Of a stretch of DNA of 64,000 bases, positions 26,952 through 35,431 are shown piece after piece. Position 1 is the stretch's first letter; every line of letters starts with the position of its first letter. A program made the position numbers and the translations under genes. This stretch comes from Candidatus Harrisonbacteria bacterium CG10_big_fil_rev_8_21_14_0_10_49_15 (GTDB lineage Bacteria; Patescibacteriota; Minisyncoccia; UBA6257; 1-14-0-10-44-23), in contig PFBD01000020.1 of the NCBI GenBank assembly GCA_002773415.1, forward strand, positions 25,667 to 89,666, in the 5' to 3' direction. Below the pieces are notes generated by a model that ran no database searches, was not told the DNA's origin, and was given only the letters and a program-made list of their open reading frames with translations.

Positions 26952-28757
26952 ATGGATATTCGGAACATTGCAATTATCGCGCACGTGGACCACGGCAAGA
27001 CCACATTGGTTGATGCTTTATTAAAGCAGTCTGAGGATTTTAAGCTTCGGGCGGATGAGAACCAAGAGTTGATTATGGACTCCAACGACTTGGAGCGGGA
27101 GCGCGGGATAACTATTTTTTCCAAAAACGCGGCTATTCGTTACAAGGGCGGGAAGATAAACATCGTGGACACTCCCGGCCACGCCGACTTTGGCGGCGAG
27201 GTGGAGCGAATTATGCGGATGGTAGACGGTGTGCTCTTGCTGGTGGACGCGCAAGAGGGTCCGATGCCGCAGACTAAGTTTGTGTTGAAGAAGGCGATTG
27301 AGGCCGGACACAAGGCTATTGTGGTCATTAATAAGATTGATAAGCCGGCGGCGCGCGTTGCCTGGGTGCTGGATGAGGTCTTTAGTTTGTTTATTGACTT
27401 GGGTGCCTCCGAAGAGCAGGCGCACTTTCCGGTCATCTACGCTTCGGGCGTACAAGGCAAGGCTGGTTTGGAGCCGGATCTGACTAAGATGACAGACGTG
27501 CAGCCGCTTTTTACCCTGATTGAGAAGGAGATCGCACCGGCACAGGCAGATCGGACCGCGCCACTACAAATGCTGACTGTGAATCTTGCTTATGATAACT
27601 ACAAGGGACGAATCGCGATTGGCCGACTGTACGGCGGTATTTTAAAAGCCGGGCAAAAGGTGGCGCATATTAAGCGAGACGGCGCGGTTGGGAAGGCGCA
27701 AATTGGAAATGTGATGAGCTTTGAGGGGCTGGCGCGCGTTGACGTTACAGAAGCGGTGGCAGGAGATATTGTCGCAATTAGCGGCATTGAAGACATTTCT
27801 ATTGGTGAGACGATTGCAGATAGTGAAAACCCTATTGCCTTGCCGCCGATTCACATTGAAGAACCGACCATCAAGAGCGTGTTTGGTGTGAACAAGTCGC
27901 CGTTTGCCGGACAAGAAGGGGATATGGTGACGAGCCGAAATTTGAAGGAGCGCCTGGAGCGAGAGTTGGCGACGGACGTGGCCTTGCGAGTTGAAAGCAC
28001 GGAGAGTCCGGACCAGTGGATTGTCGCCGGGCGTGGTGAGCTGCACTTGGCTATTTTAATTGAGAAGATGAGACGCGAAGGTTATGAACTGCAGGTGGCT
28101 AAGCCGCAGGTGATTTTCAAGGAGGAGACCCGTTCGACAGGCTCAGGGCAAGCGACACAAACTTTGGAGCCGATTGAGATGGTGAATATTGAAGTACCAA
28201 ACGAGTCTGCCGGAGCGGTTATTCAAGATTTGGGTAGTCGGCTTGGACAGATGCGTGACATGAAGCAAGATGGTCCAACTACAAGGCTGGAGTTTTTGAT
28301 TCCGACGCGCGGGTTGATTGGTTACCGGACGGAGTTTATCACTCGAACTAAAGGACTGGGAATAATGAACTCGCTTTTTTACGCGTATGAGCCGATGAAG
28401 GGTGAGATGAGTAAGGTGGATCATGGATCACTGATAGCGCACCAAACTGGCAAAAGTACTACTTATGGTTTAATGCAGGCACAAGATCGCGGGCAGTTAT
28501 TTATTGGTCCGGCGGTGCCAATTTACGCCGGGATGGTCGTTGGTCGCAACGCCAAGGCGCAAGATATGGCTGTGCATGTTGGCCGAGAAAAGGCGATGAG
28601 TAACATGCGTTCCAAAGGAGAGGGAGCGATGGAGTTTTTAGACACGCCGCTAGAGATGAGTCTTGAGTATGCGCTGGAGTATATTAGTGATGATGAGTTA
28701 GTGGAGGTGACACCGGAGTCTATTCGGATTCGGAAAAAGGATTTGAGAGTAAAATAG
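26952..28757 (+). CDS. typA: Translational GTPase TypA/BipA
   Basis: AHVDHGKTT, DTPGHADFGGEVER, GRGELHL, ELVEVTP. Confidence 0.97.
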   Translation: MDIRNIAIIAHVDHGKTTLVDALLKQSEDFKLRADENQELIMDSNDLERERGITIFSKNAAIRYKGGKINIVDTPGHADFGGEVERIMRMVDGVLLLVDAQEGPMPQTKFVLKKAIEAGHKAIVVINKIDKPAARVAWVLDEVFSLFIDLGASEEQAHFPVIYASGVQGKAGLEPDLTKMTDVQPLFTLIEKEIAPAQADRTAPLQMLTVNLAYDNYKGRIAIGRLYGGILKAGQKVAHIKRDGAVGKAQIGNVMSFEGLARVDVTEAVAGDIVAISGIEDISIGETIADSENPIALPPIHIEEPTIKSVFGVNKSPFAGQEGDMVTSRNLKERLERELATDVALRVESTESPDQWIVAGRGELHLAILIEKMRREGYELQVAKPQVIFKEETRSTGSGQATQTLEPIEMVNIEVPNESAGAVIQDLGSRLGQMRDMKQDGPTTRLEFLIPTRGLIGYRTEFITRTKGLGIMNSLFYAYEPMKGEMSKVDHGSLIAHQTGKSTTYGLMQAQDRGQLFIGPAVPIYAGMVVGRNAKAQDMAVHVGREKAMSNMRSKGEGAMEFLDTPLEMSLEYALEYISDDELVEVTPESIRIRKKDLRVK

Positions 28758-28803
28758 GTACATTCCTTGCTTATTTTGGGGTGTTGGGGTAAAATTCAGA
28801 TTA

Positions 28804-29880
28804 ATGACTACTCCAAGCCGAGGAATTCAGCTTTCGTTTTTCTTCCTGGTTTTTGCTGCGCTGGCAGTGCTCGCATTTTTTATTTTTGAGCCGTATGTGA
28901 ATGCGCTTGTGTTGGCGGCGACTTTCGCAGTTATCTCTTTTCCGCTTTATAAAAAAGTGCTTTGGCTTTTTCGGGGTAAACTGCCAAGCGTTGCTTCCGC
29001 AGTCACGGTAGTTATGGTTTCTTTGATTGTATTGACGCCATTGACGTATCTTGGAGTGCAGGTTTTTACAGAGGCGAATTTGCTTTACGAACGTCTTTCT
29101 GACCCGGAGCGTAGCGAGGAAAACCCGCTTGGTGCGGACGTGCGCGTGTCGACTAATAAATACTTGCAGGGGATTCAGGAAAAAATTGCTGGGGGTTTAG
29201 CCGTTAATTTTGAATCCTATGTGCAAAGGGGGCTGACGTTTTTGTTTGAAAATGTAGGTGAGTTTTTCAAGAGTATTGCCGCCTTTGGTTTGGCGCTGTT
29301 TATCTGGGTGTTGGCATTTTACTATTTCTTGCGAGACGGAAAACGGTTGAGCGAGTTGTTTGTGCATTTTAGCCCGCTTTCGGATAAATATGACAAAGAG
29401 ATCGTGGATAGGATTGGGATTGCGATTCGCTCTACCATTGGTGGTTCGCTGATTGTGGCTTTGTTGCAAGGTATTTTAGCGGGTGTTGGTTTTGCCATCT
29501 TTGGTATTCCAACTCCGGCTATCTGGGGATTGGTGGCTGTACTCGCGGCGCTTATCCCGACTGTGGGTACGGCGATAGTGACATTGCCGGCTGTCGGCTA
29601 CTTGTTGGTGATTGGACATACGAGCGAGGCGCTCGGGATGCTTATTTGGGGAGTGGTTATTGTTGGTTTGGTTGACAATATATTACGGCCAAAGCTTATA
29701 GAGCGTGGTATTAGGATTCATCCGTTGATTATCTTGCTTTCTGTGCTTGGCGGTATAGCGTTGTTTGGTCCGGTTGGTTTCATTACTGGACCAATTATCG
29801 TCACCTTGTTGGGTGAGCTTTTAAAGATTTATCGCGAGATGATTGTGGAAGGCCGAAATAAGCAGCTTTCCGGAGGTTAA
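28804..29880 (+). CDS. AI-2E family transporter
   Basis: Multi-TM; DNILRPKL, HPLIILLSVLGG..FG..G..GP. Confidence 0.9.
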   Translation: MTTPSRGIQLSFFFLVFAALAVLAFFIFEPYVNALVLAATFAVISFPLYKKVLWLFRGKLPSVASAVTVVMVSLIVLTPLTYLGVQVFTEANLLYERLSDPERSEENPLGADVRVSTNKYLQGIQEKIAGGLAVNFESYVQRGLTFLFENVGEFFKSIAAFGLALFIWVLAFYYFLRDGKRLSELFVHFSPLSDKYDKEIVDRIGIAIRSTIGGSLIVALLQGILAGVGFAIFGIPTPAIWGLVAVLAALIPTVGTAIVTLPAVGYLLVIGHTSEALGMLIWGVVIVGLVDNILRPKLIERGIRIHPLIILLSVLGGIALFGPVGFITGPIIVTLLGELLKIYREMIVEGRNKQLSGG

Positions 29881-29952
29881 AATTTCGTAGTCGACGAGTG
29901 GATTAAGAAAAAGCAGCTTGTCTGGGGAGCGGGTTGGATAAACTTTAGACCT

Positions 29953-30555
29953 ATGACAACAGTTACTCAAGAAAATGTTGTTCACATTCTTAAGCAAGGA
30001 GGTGTTGGCGTTTTAGCGACAGACACTATCTACGGTGTTGTTGGTACGGCGATTAATAAAAATACGGTTGGCCGAATTCAAGACGTGAAAGAGCGCCCTT
30101 TGGATAAACCGTTTATTATTTTGATAAATTCACTTGAAGAAGTGGAGCTTTTTGGCGTGGTGCTTACGGATGAGCTGAAGAAGACGCTGAAACGTGTTTG
30201 GCCGGGGAGGGTGAGCGTTATCTTGCCGGTTTCGCCGTCGGCCGGCTTTCGAAAATATTTTTACTTGCACCAGGGTAAGCGAGAGCTGGCCTTTCGTTTG
30301 CCAAAAAGCGCTGGCTTGCGAACAGTGTTACGGCGCGTTGGTCCGTTAGTAGCGCCGAGTGCAAATCCGTTGGGGAAAAAACCGGCGGAGACGTTGGCCG
30401 AAGCCGAAGCTTATTTTGGCGATGCGGTGGATTTTTACTATGGCAAGTTGGCTAAGGCCGGTACGCACTCTACGCTTGTTCGTCTTGTTGACGACGACTC
30501 TTTTGAGATTATCCGCGCCGGCGCGGGCAAAATCCCCAAAGATTTGCTACTATAG
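29953..30555 (+). CDS. tsaC: L-threonylcarbamoyladenylate synthase (Sua5/YrdC)
   Basis: TDTIYG, KERP..KP, WPG, PSAN. Confidence 0.9.
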   Translation: MTTVTQENVVHILKQGGVGVLATDTIYGVVGTAINKNTVGRIQDVKERPLDKPFIILINSLEEVELFGVVLTDELKKTLKRVWPGRVSVILPVSPSAGFRKYFYLHQGKRELAFRLPKSAGLRTVLRRVGPLVAPSANPLGKKPAETLAEAEAYFGDAVDFYYGKLAKAGTHSTLVRLVDDDSFEIIRAGAGKIPKDLLL

Positions 30556-30590
30556 TATTTGGAATCGGGGAATTCATAAGGAGGTGATTT

Positions 30591-30869
30591 TTGATGATGA
30601 GCGCGCAGGAAGGTGCGGCTTTACTCGCCGAGCTGGAGCGGAGAGGGGCAGAGGAACATGCCGCCTTTGTGGCGGCAAATCACGAGGAGCTTGTGCCTTG
30701 GATGGAACGGGTGCGGAGCATGCTCGGCCGCAGGGCGATGTGCATACTCGAGGTGGATGCGGAGCTCAAACGCGACGGGTGTAGCGTGCGCGAACGTCAC
30801 TTGGCCTACGCGGCCTTTCTTGAGCTTCGTGACCAGGGAAGTATCGCGCTCGAGTTCTTTCCCAGCTAG
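30591..30869 (+). CDS. GC-rich orphan small protein
   Basis: AAGGAGGTGA SD directly upstream; fills the gap between tsaC and the HAD gene. Confidence 0.55.
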   Translation: MMMSAQEGAALLAELERRGAEEHAAFVAANHEELVPWMERVRSMLGRRAMCILEVDAELKRDGCSVRERHLAYAAFLELRDQGSIALEFFPS

Positions 30870-30900
30870 CGGCTGCCGCGCGGTAACACACATTTTGTAT

Positions 30901-31596
30901 ATGAAACCAATTGCAGTTTTCGACATTGATGGCACAATTTTTCGGAGCTCATTACTGATTGAGCTGCATTGGAAGTTGGTGCGGCGGGGGCTTATCCCGC
31001 GGGCTTCCATTAAGAAGTTGGATGATGCTTACTGGGCGTGGGTAAAGCGTCAGGGGAATTATGATGACTACTTGGACGAGGTGGTCGTTAACTTTATTGA
31101 ACATATCAAAGGCAAGGGCGAGCGCGAGGTGCGCGAGGCGGCGGCGCGCGTTTTGGAAGTACAAAGCAAGATTGTTTACCGTTACACGCGAGACTTTATC
31201 CAGGAGCTGCGGGGTACGCATACCTTGTTGGCTATCTCTGGTTCGCCGAGCATTGTGGTGGAGGAGTTTGCTAAAGAGTGGGGGTTTGAACATTTTATCG
31301 GTACAGTCTATGGAATAGAGAATAAGGAGTACACGGGCGAGGTTTTAAGTACGCCGGTGCACGACAAAAAGCAGGCGCTGCAAGATTTGGTGAGAGAACA
31401 CGGTCTAACTTTTGAAAACTCTATTGCGGTTGGGGATACGGAGAGTGACGTGGGCATGTTTGAGCTGGTTAGCGAGCCGATTTGCTTTAACCCGACGGCG
31501 GGTCTGTACAAGATCGCGTCCGAGCGTGGGTGGTTTATCGTGGTAGAGCGCAAAGATCAGATTTATAAATTCCAAAAAGGCAAGGTTGTCGAGTAG
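30901..31596 (+). CDS. HAD-IB family hydrolase
   Basis: FDIDGT, ISGS, GDTESD motifs. Confidence 0.92.
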   Translation: MKPIAVFDIDGTIFRSSLLIELHWKLVRRGLIPRASIKKLDDAYWAWVKRQGNYDDYLDEVVVNFIEHIKGKGEREVREAAARVLEVQSKIVYRYTRDFIQELRGTHTLLAISGSPSIVVEEFAKEWGFEHFIGTVYGIENKEYTGEVLSTPVHDKKQALQDLVREHGLTFENSIAVGDTESDVGMFELVSEPICFNPTAGLYKIASERGWFIVVERKDQIYKFQKGKVVE

Positions 31597-31603
31597 CTTT
31601 AAC

Positions 31604-31637
31604 TTCATTCTCTATTTCTGCAGAAATAGAGAATGAA
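31604..31637. repeat. 34-bp perfect palindrome, left end of wHTH cassette 2
   Basis: ttcattctctatttctg-cagaaatagagaatgaa. Confidence 0.95.
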
Positions 31638-31648
31638 AAAATAAAGAA

Positions 31649-31927
31649 ATGAGAAAAAAGTGGGGGACGCTTAAGGGCTACGAGAAGATTATGAAGGGCG
31701 CGGCGAATGCTCGACGGATAGAGATTTTGATAATGTTGACAGAAAGTCCGGATATGTCACTTACCGAGATTGCCAGTGCTGTGGGTGGCGATTTTCGGAC
31801 GATAGGAGAACACCTGAGAAAACTTACCTTGGCAGGGTTGATTTCAAAGAAGTCGGATGGTAAAAGTATGCAGCACCAGATTACTGATTTGGGCGTCTAT
31901 GTGTTGAAGTTTGTAGAAACTTTGTGA
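31649..31927 (+). CDS. ArsR-like winged-helix protein (92 aa)
   Basis: MKGAANARRIEIL..GEHLRKL..GLI; aligns by eye with 15924-16202. Confidence 0.85.
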   Translation: MRKKWGTLKGYEKIMKGAANARRIEILIMLTESPDMSLTEIASAVGGDFRTIGEHLRKLTLAGLISKKSDGKSMQHQITDLGVYVLKFVETL

Positions 31928-31936
31928 GATTTATCT

Positions 31937-31976
31937 AACCTCATTCTCTATTTCTGCAGAAATAGAGAATGAGGTT
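31937..31976. repeat. 40-bp perfect palindrome, right end of wHTH cassette 2
   Basis: aacctcattctctatttctg-cagaaatagagaatgaggtt. Confidence 0.95.
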
Positions 31977-31999
31977 GGGTGGTGTATACTGGAAGGAAT

Positions 32000-33013
32000 A
32001 TGGATTTAGAGGATCAAGGGAATCAGTATGAAGTGGTCATTATTGGGGCCGGGCCGGCGGCTTTGACGGCGGGTATTTTTTTGGGGCGGGCAAATATTCG
32101 GGTGCTGATTATCGGCCGGTTAGAGGCTAGCGGGTTGGCAGACGCCAGTGTGGTGGCTAACTGGCCGGGGATCCCAGAGGGTATTGGCGGGCGGGAGCTA
32201 CTAGAGAGGATGCTAATGCAGGCGAAACAGCATGGGGCGGAGTTTGTGGAAGAGGACGTGGTTCACTTGGAGTCAATAGAGAATTCGGAAGTTGTGAGGG
32301 CGCACTTCCACGCACAAAGGAAGAACGACCTCCTAATTTCTGGCGGGTTTTTGGTGCGGACGGCGAGCAGAGAGGATTATTTTGCGCAAAAGCTGTTACT
32401 GGCGCACGGGGCGAATTATATTAAAACGGATCTGCCGGGCGAGGTTGAGTTGGTTGGTAAAGGTGTACACTATTGCGTGTTGTGTGACGGCGCAGTGTAT
32501 AAGGATAAGCCGGTGATTGTGCTTGGTAATGGCAATTTGGCAGCCGAGGAGGCGCTGCAGCTAGCGGCTTTTACAAAAGATATTACGCTTATTAGTCACT
32601 CAATAAAGTTTTCTATTAATGAGCAGTATCAGAAGTTGTTAGAGGAAAAGGGGGTAAAAATGCAGATTGGAAAGGTGGAAGGATTTGAGAAAGAGGAGAG
32701 GGGGGTGAAGTTGCTGGTTCGTCTGCCCGAGGAGTCACTTCCTTCGGAAGAAACACCTCTGGCAGATGGAGTGTTTGTGGCGCTTGGGGTGGCGAGCTCA
32801 ATGGTGTTTGCTAAGAAGTTGGGTTTGGAGGAGAAAAATGGATTTTTAAAAGTGAATCCAGACATGACCACGAATGTGCCGGGAGTCTGGGGGGCCGGGC
32901 TTAGTCGTGGTGGCGTGAATCAAGCGATAAAGTCCGCGGGCGAGGGTTCGGTGGCCGCGGTTGGGATAATCAAAGAGTTGAAGGGAGTGGTACAATATAT
33001 GGACCATACCTAA
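32000..33013 (+). CDS. Thioredoxin reductase-like FAD/NAD(P) oxidoreductase
   Basis: IIGAGPA, HYCVLCDG, GNGNLA; two short in-frame hairpin inserts. Confidence 0.88.
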   Translation: MDLEDQGNQYEVVIIGAGPAALTAGIFLGRANIRVLIIGRLEASGLADASVVANWPGIPEGIGGRELLERMLMQAKQHGAEFVEEDVVHLESIENSEVVRAHFHAQRKNDLLISGGFLVRTASREDYFAQKLLLAHGANYIKTDLPGEVELVGKGVHYCVLCDGAVYKDKPVIVLGNGNLAAEEALQLAAFTKDITLISHSIKFSINEQYQKLLEEKGVKMQIGKVEGFEKEERGVKLLVRLPEESLPSEETPLADGVFVALGVASSMVFAKKLGLEEKNGFLKVNPDMTTNVPGVWGAGLSRGGVNQAIKSAGEGSVAAVGIIKELKGVVQYMDHT

Positions 33014-33029
33014 TGATTATTTTTGGCGT

Positions 33030-33593
33030 ATGTTAGTTATATTTACTGGAAATGGGAAGGGGAAGACGACCGCGGCTCTTGGAGCCGCTGTTCGGGCCGT
33101 TGGCAGGGGTCAGCGGGTGTTGATGGTGCAGTTTATTAAGGGGCCGTGGCCGAGTGGCGAGGATGAAGTTCAAGTCACAAGTAGCAAGTCACAAGTAGCA
33201 AGTGGGAAGGGAGGATCGTTTATTTTGAAAAAAATGGGGTTGGGGTTTGTGGGTATTTTAGGGGATCAGCTGCCGCGTGAAGAGCATGTTAAAGCCGCAA
33301 AAAATGCTCTGGCATTTGTGTCGGCGAAGATAGAAGAAGGAAGAAGGAAAAATGAAGACGAATATGATATGTTTATCTTAGATGAGGTGAATGTGGCTGT
33401 AGATCTCAAGCTGGTGAGTATTAAGGAGGTTTTGGCGGTGGCGGAGTTGGTTCCGGATAATAAGGTGATGGTTTTGACGGGTCGAGGCGCGCCGGCGGAG
33501 CTTATTGAACGGGCGGACTTGGTAACGGAGATGAAAGAAGTAAAGCATCCGTTTAACGATGGAAAGATGGGGAAGATAAATGTAGAGTTTTGA
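33030..33593 (+). CDS. cobO: Cob(I)yrinic acid a,c-diamide adenosyltransferase (CobA/BtuR type)
   Basis: TGNGKGKTTAALG, QFIKG, ILDE, LTGR, ADLVTEM..KHPF. Confidence 0.9.
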   Translation: MLVIFTGNGKGKTTAALGAAVRAVGRGQRVLMVQFIKGPWPSGEDEVQVTSSKSQVASGKGGSFILKKMGLGFVGILGDQLPREEHVKAAKNALAFVSAKIEEGRRKNEDEYDMFILDEVNVAVDLKLVSIKEVLAVAELVPDNKVMVLTGRGAPAELIERADLVTEMKEVKHPFNDGKMGKINVEF

Positions 33594-33630
33594 GACCAGC
33601 GAATTACGAATTACATACGAAAGTACGAAC

Positions 33631-34284
33631 ATGGAGATTGTTTTATTAATTGTTATCTTGATCTTTTCGGTCATTGTTCATGAAATAAGTCATGGATATG
33701 TGGCTTTGTGGTTGGGGGACACGACGGCCAAGGATGCTGGGCGGTTGACGCTGAATCCACTGAAGCACATTGACCCGGTTGGTTCAATATTCTTGCCTTT
33801 GATCTTGGCGCTTGTTGGCGGACCAATTTTTGGCTGGGCGAAGCCGGTCCCGTATAACCCGTATAATTTGCGTGATCCGCAAAAGGGGGGTGGGCTTATT
33901 GGAGCGGCTGGCCCGGTCTCAAACTTGCTCTTGGCGACTGTTTTTGGTCTGTTCGCCCGGATATTGGTTGTTTTTGAGCCTTTTAGCGCGCAGATGCCAC
34001 TGTTGTTTATTTTTGGGATGATCGCGTATATCAATGTTTTACTGGCTATTTTTAACTTATTGCCGGTGCCGCCTTTGGACGGCTCAAAAGTATTGTTTGC
34101 GGTACTGCCGCGCGGCTCAGACCGGTGGTTAAGGATCCTTGAGCAGTATGGTTTTCTTTTGTTGGTACTTCTTATCTTTACGGGGGTGCTTTCGTTTTTG
34201 ATCCCGTTTGTGATGAGTGTCTTGGAGCTGCTCATGGGTAGGAGCGCATTTGGAGTTTTTATAACGGGTTTTCTGGGGTTTTGA
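33631..34284 (+). CDS. Site-2 protease (M50) family
   Basis: HEISHG, AGPVSN, FNLLPVPPLDG. Confidence 0.93.
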   Translation: MEIVLLIVILIFSVIVHEISHGYVALWLGDTTAKDAGRLTLNPLKHIDPVGSIFLPLILALVGGPIFGWAKPVPYNPYNLRDPQKGGGLIGAAGPVSNLLLATVFGLFARILVVFEPFSAQMPLLFIFGMIAYINVLLAIFNLLPVPPLDGSKVLFAVLPRGSDRWLRILEQYGFLLLVLLIFTGVLSFLIPFVMSVLELLMGRSAFGVFITGFLGF

Positions 34285-34336
34285 TTTTCATAACCCCTCC
34301 CAGCCTCCCCTTATCTTAAGGGGAGGGGCTAGATTG

Positions 34337-34364
34337 TTGACAGATGTGGGGTTTCTGCTAAAAT
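34337..34364 (+). promoter_or_regulatory. str operon promoter
   Basis: TTGACA-N16-TAAAAT with extended TG. Confidence 0.6.
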
Positions 34365-34402
34365 AGTTGAACTATCCGCTTAGTGCGGATTTGATTTATT
34401 TT

Positions 34403-34825
34403 ATGCCGACAGTTAGTCAGTTAATCAAAAAGGGTCGAAAGCCCGTTGGAAAGAAAGCAAAGGCCCCGGCGCTTCGCCGTGGTTTTAACTATTTGCATAA
34501 CAAGCCGGTAAAGTATCCGTCTCCTTTTAAGCGCGGTGTGTGTGTTGCTGTGAAGACTCAGACTCCGAAGAAGCCTAACTCTGCTATCCGAAAAATCGCG
34601 CGGGTACGTTTGACCAATGGCATGGAGGTAACCGCTTATATTCCGGGGGAGGGACACAACTTGCAAGAACACTCTGTGGTTGTGCTTCGCGGCGGTCGGG
34701 TGAAAGATTTGCCGGGTGTACGTTACCACGTGGTTCGAGGAGTTTTGGACACCACTGGTGTTGAAGGCCGAAAGCAGCAGCGTAGTAAGTATGGCGCAAA
34801 GCGCCCGAAAGCCGGTAAAGAATAA
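34403..34825 (+). CDS. rpsL: 30S ribosomal protein S12
   Basis: [19 protein letters not shown]. Confidence 0.98.
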   Translation: MPTVSQLIKKGRKPVGKKAKAPALRRGFNYLHNKPVKYPSPFKRGVCVAVKTQTPKKPNSAIRKIARVRLTNGMEVTAYIPGEGHNLQEHSVVVLRGGRVKDLPGVRYHVVRGVLDTTGVEGRKQQRSKYGAKRPKAGKE

Positions 34826-34826
34826 T

Positions 34827-35294
34827 ATGCGTAAAAAAAGGAATCACGAGCGGCATTACAAGCCGGACATGAAGCATGGTAACCTGGCCCTTGGCCGGTT
34901 TATTAACGTACTGATGCACGACGGAAAGAAGTCTGTGGCTGAGCAGTTGATCTACGATGCTTTTGCGATTATCAATGAGCAGACAAAAGAGGAGCCTGTT
35001 GAAGTTTTTCAAAAAGCGATTGATAACGCGATGCCGGCTGTGGAAGTTGCCAGTAAGCGAGTTGGAGGAGCGAATTATCAGGTGCCGCGCGAAGTGCGTC
35101 CGGAGCGAAAGTTCATGTTGGCGACCCGCTGGATAATCGGCGCGGCCAGGGCCAAGAGCGGCAGTCCGATGAGCAAGCGCTTGGCGGATGAGCTAATCGC
35201 GGCTGCTAATAATGACGGCGCGGCTATCAAAAAGAAGCAGGATGTGCACCGTATGGCGGAAGCCAACCGAGCGTTTGCACATTTCAGCTGGTAA
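34827..35294 (+). CDS. rpsG: 30S ribosomal protein S7
   Basis: RVGGANYQVP, HRMAEANRAFAH. Confidence 0.98.
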   Translation: MRKKRNHERHYKPDMKHGNLALGRFINVLMHDGKKSVAEQLIYDAFAIINEQTKEEPVEVFQKAIDNAMPAVEVASKRVGGANYQVPREVRPERKFMLATRWIIGAARAKSGSPMSKRLADELIAAANNDGAAIKKKQDVHRMAEANRAFAHFSW

Positions 35295-35297
35295 TTT

Positions 35298-35422
35298 TGA
35301 AATCCCAAATAGTAAATCCCAAATAACAAATAAATTCCAAGATCCAATTTCAAAATACGAAACGTTTGGAATTTGGTGCTTGGGATTTATTTAGAAATTA
35401 GGTCAATTAGATATTAGAAATT
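35298..35422. repeat. Inverted heptamer array between rpsG and fusA
   Basis: aaatcccaaat..aaattcc / ggaatttgg..gggattt..tagaaatt. Confidence 0.8.
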
Positions 35423-35431
35423 CTTTTACAT

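Noticed and set aside
30613-30900. N-terminal extension of the HAD hydrolase
   Set aside because: The HAD motif I begins right after the ATG at 30901; the upstream part overlaps a separate SD-led small ORF in another frame.
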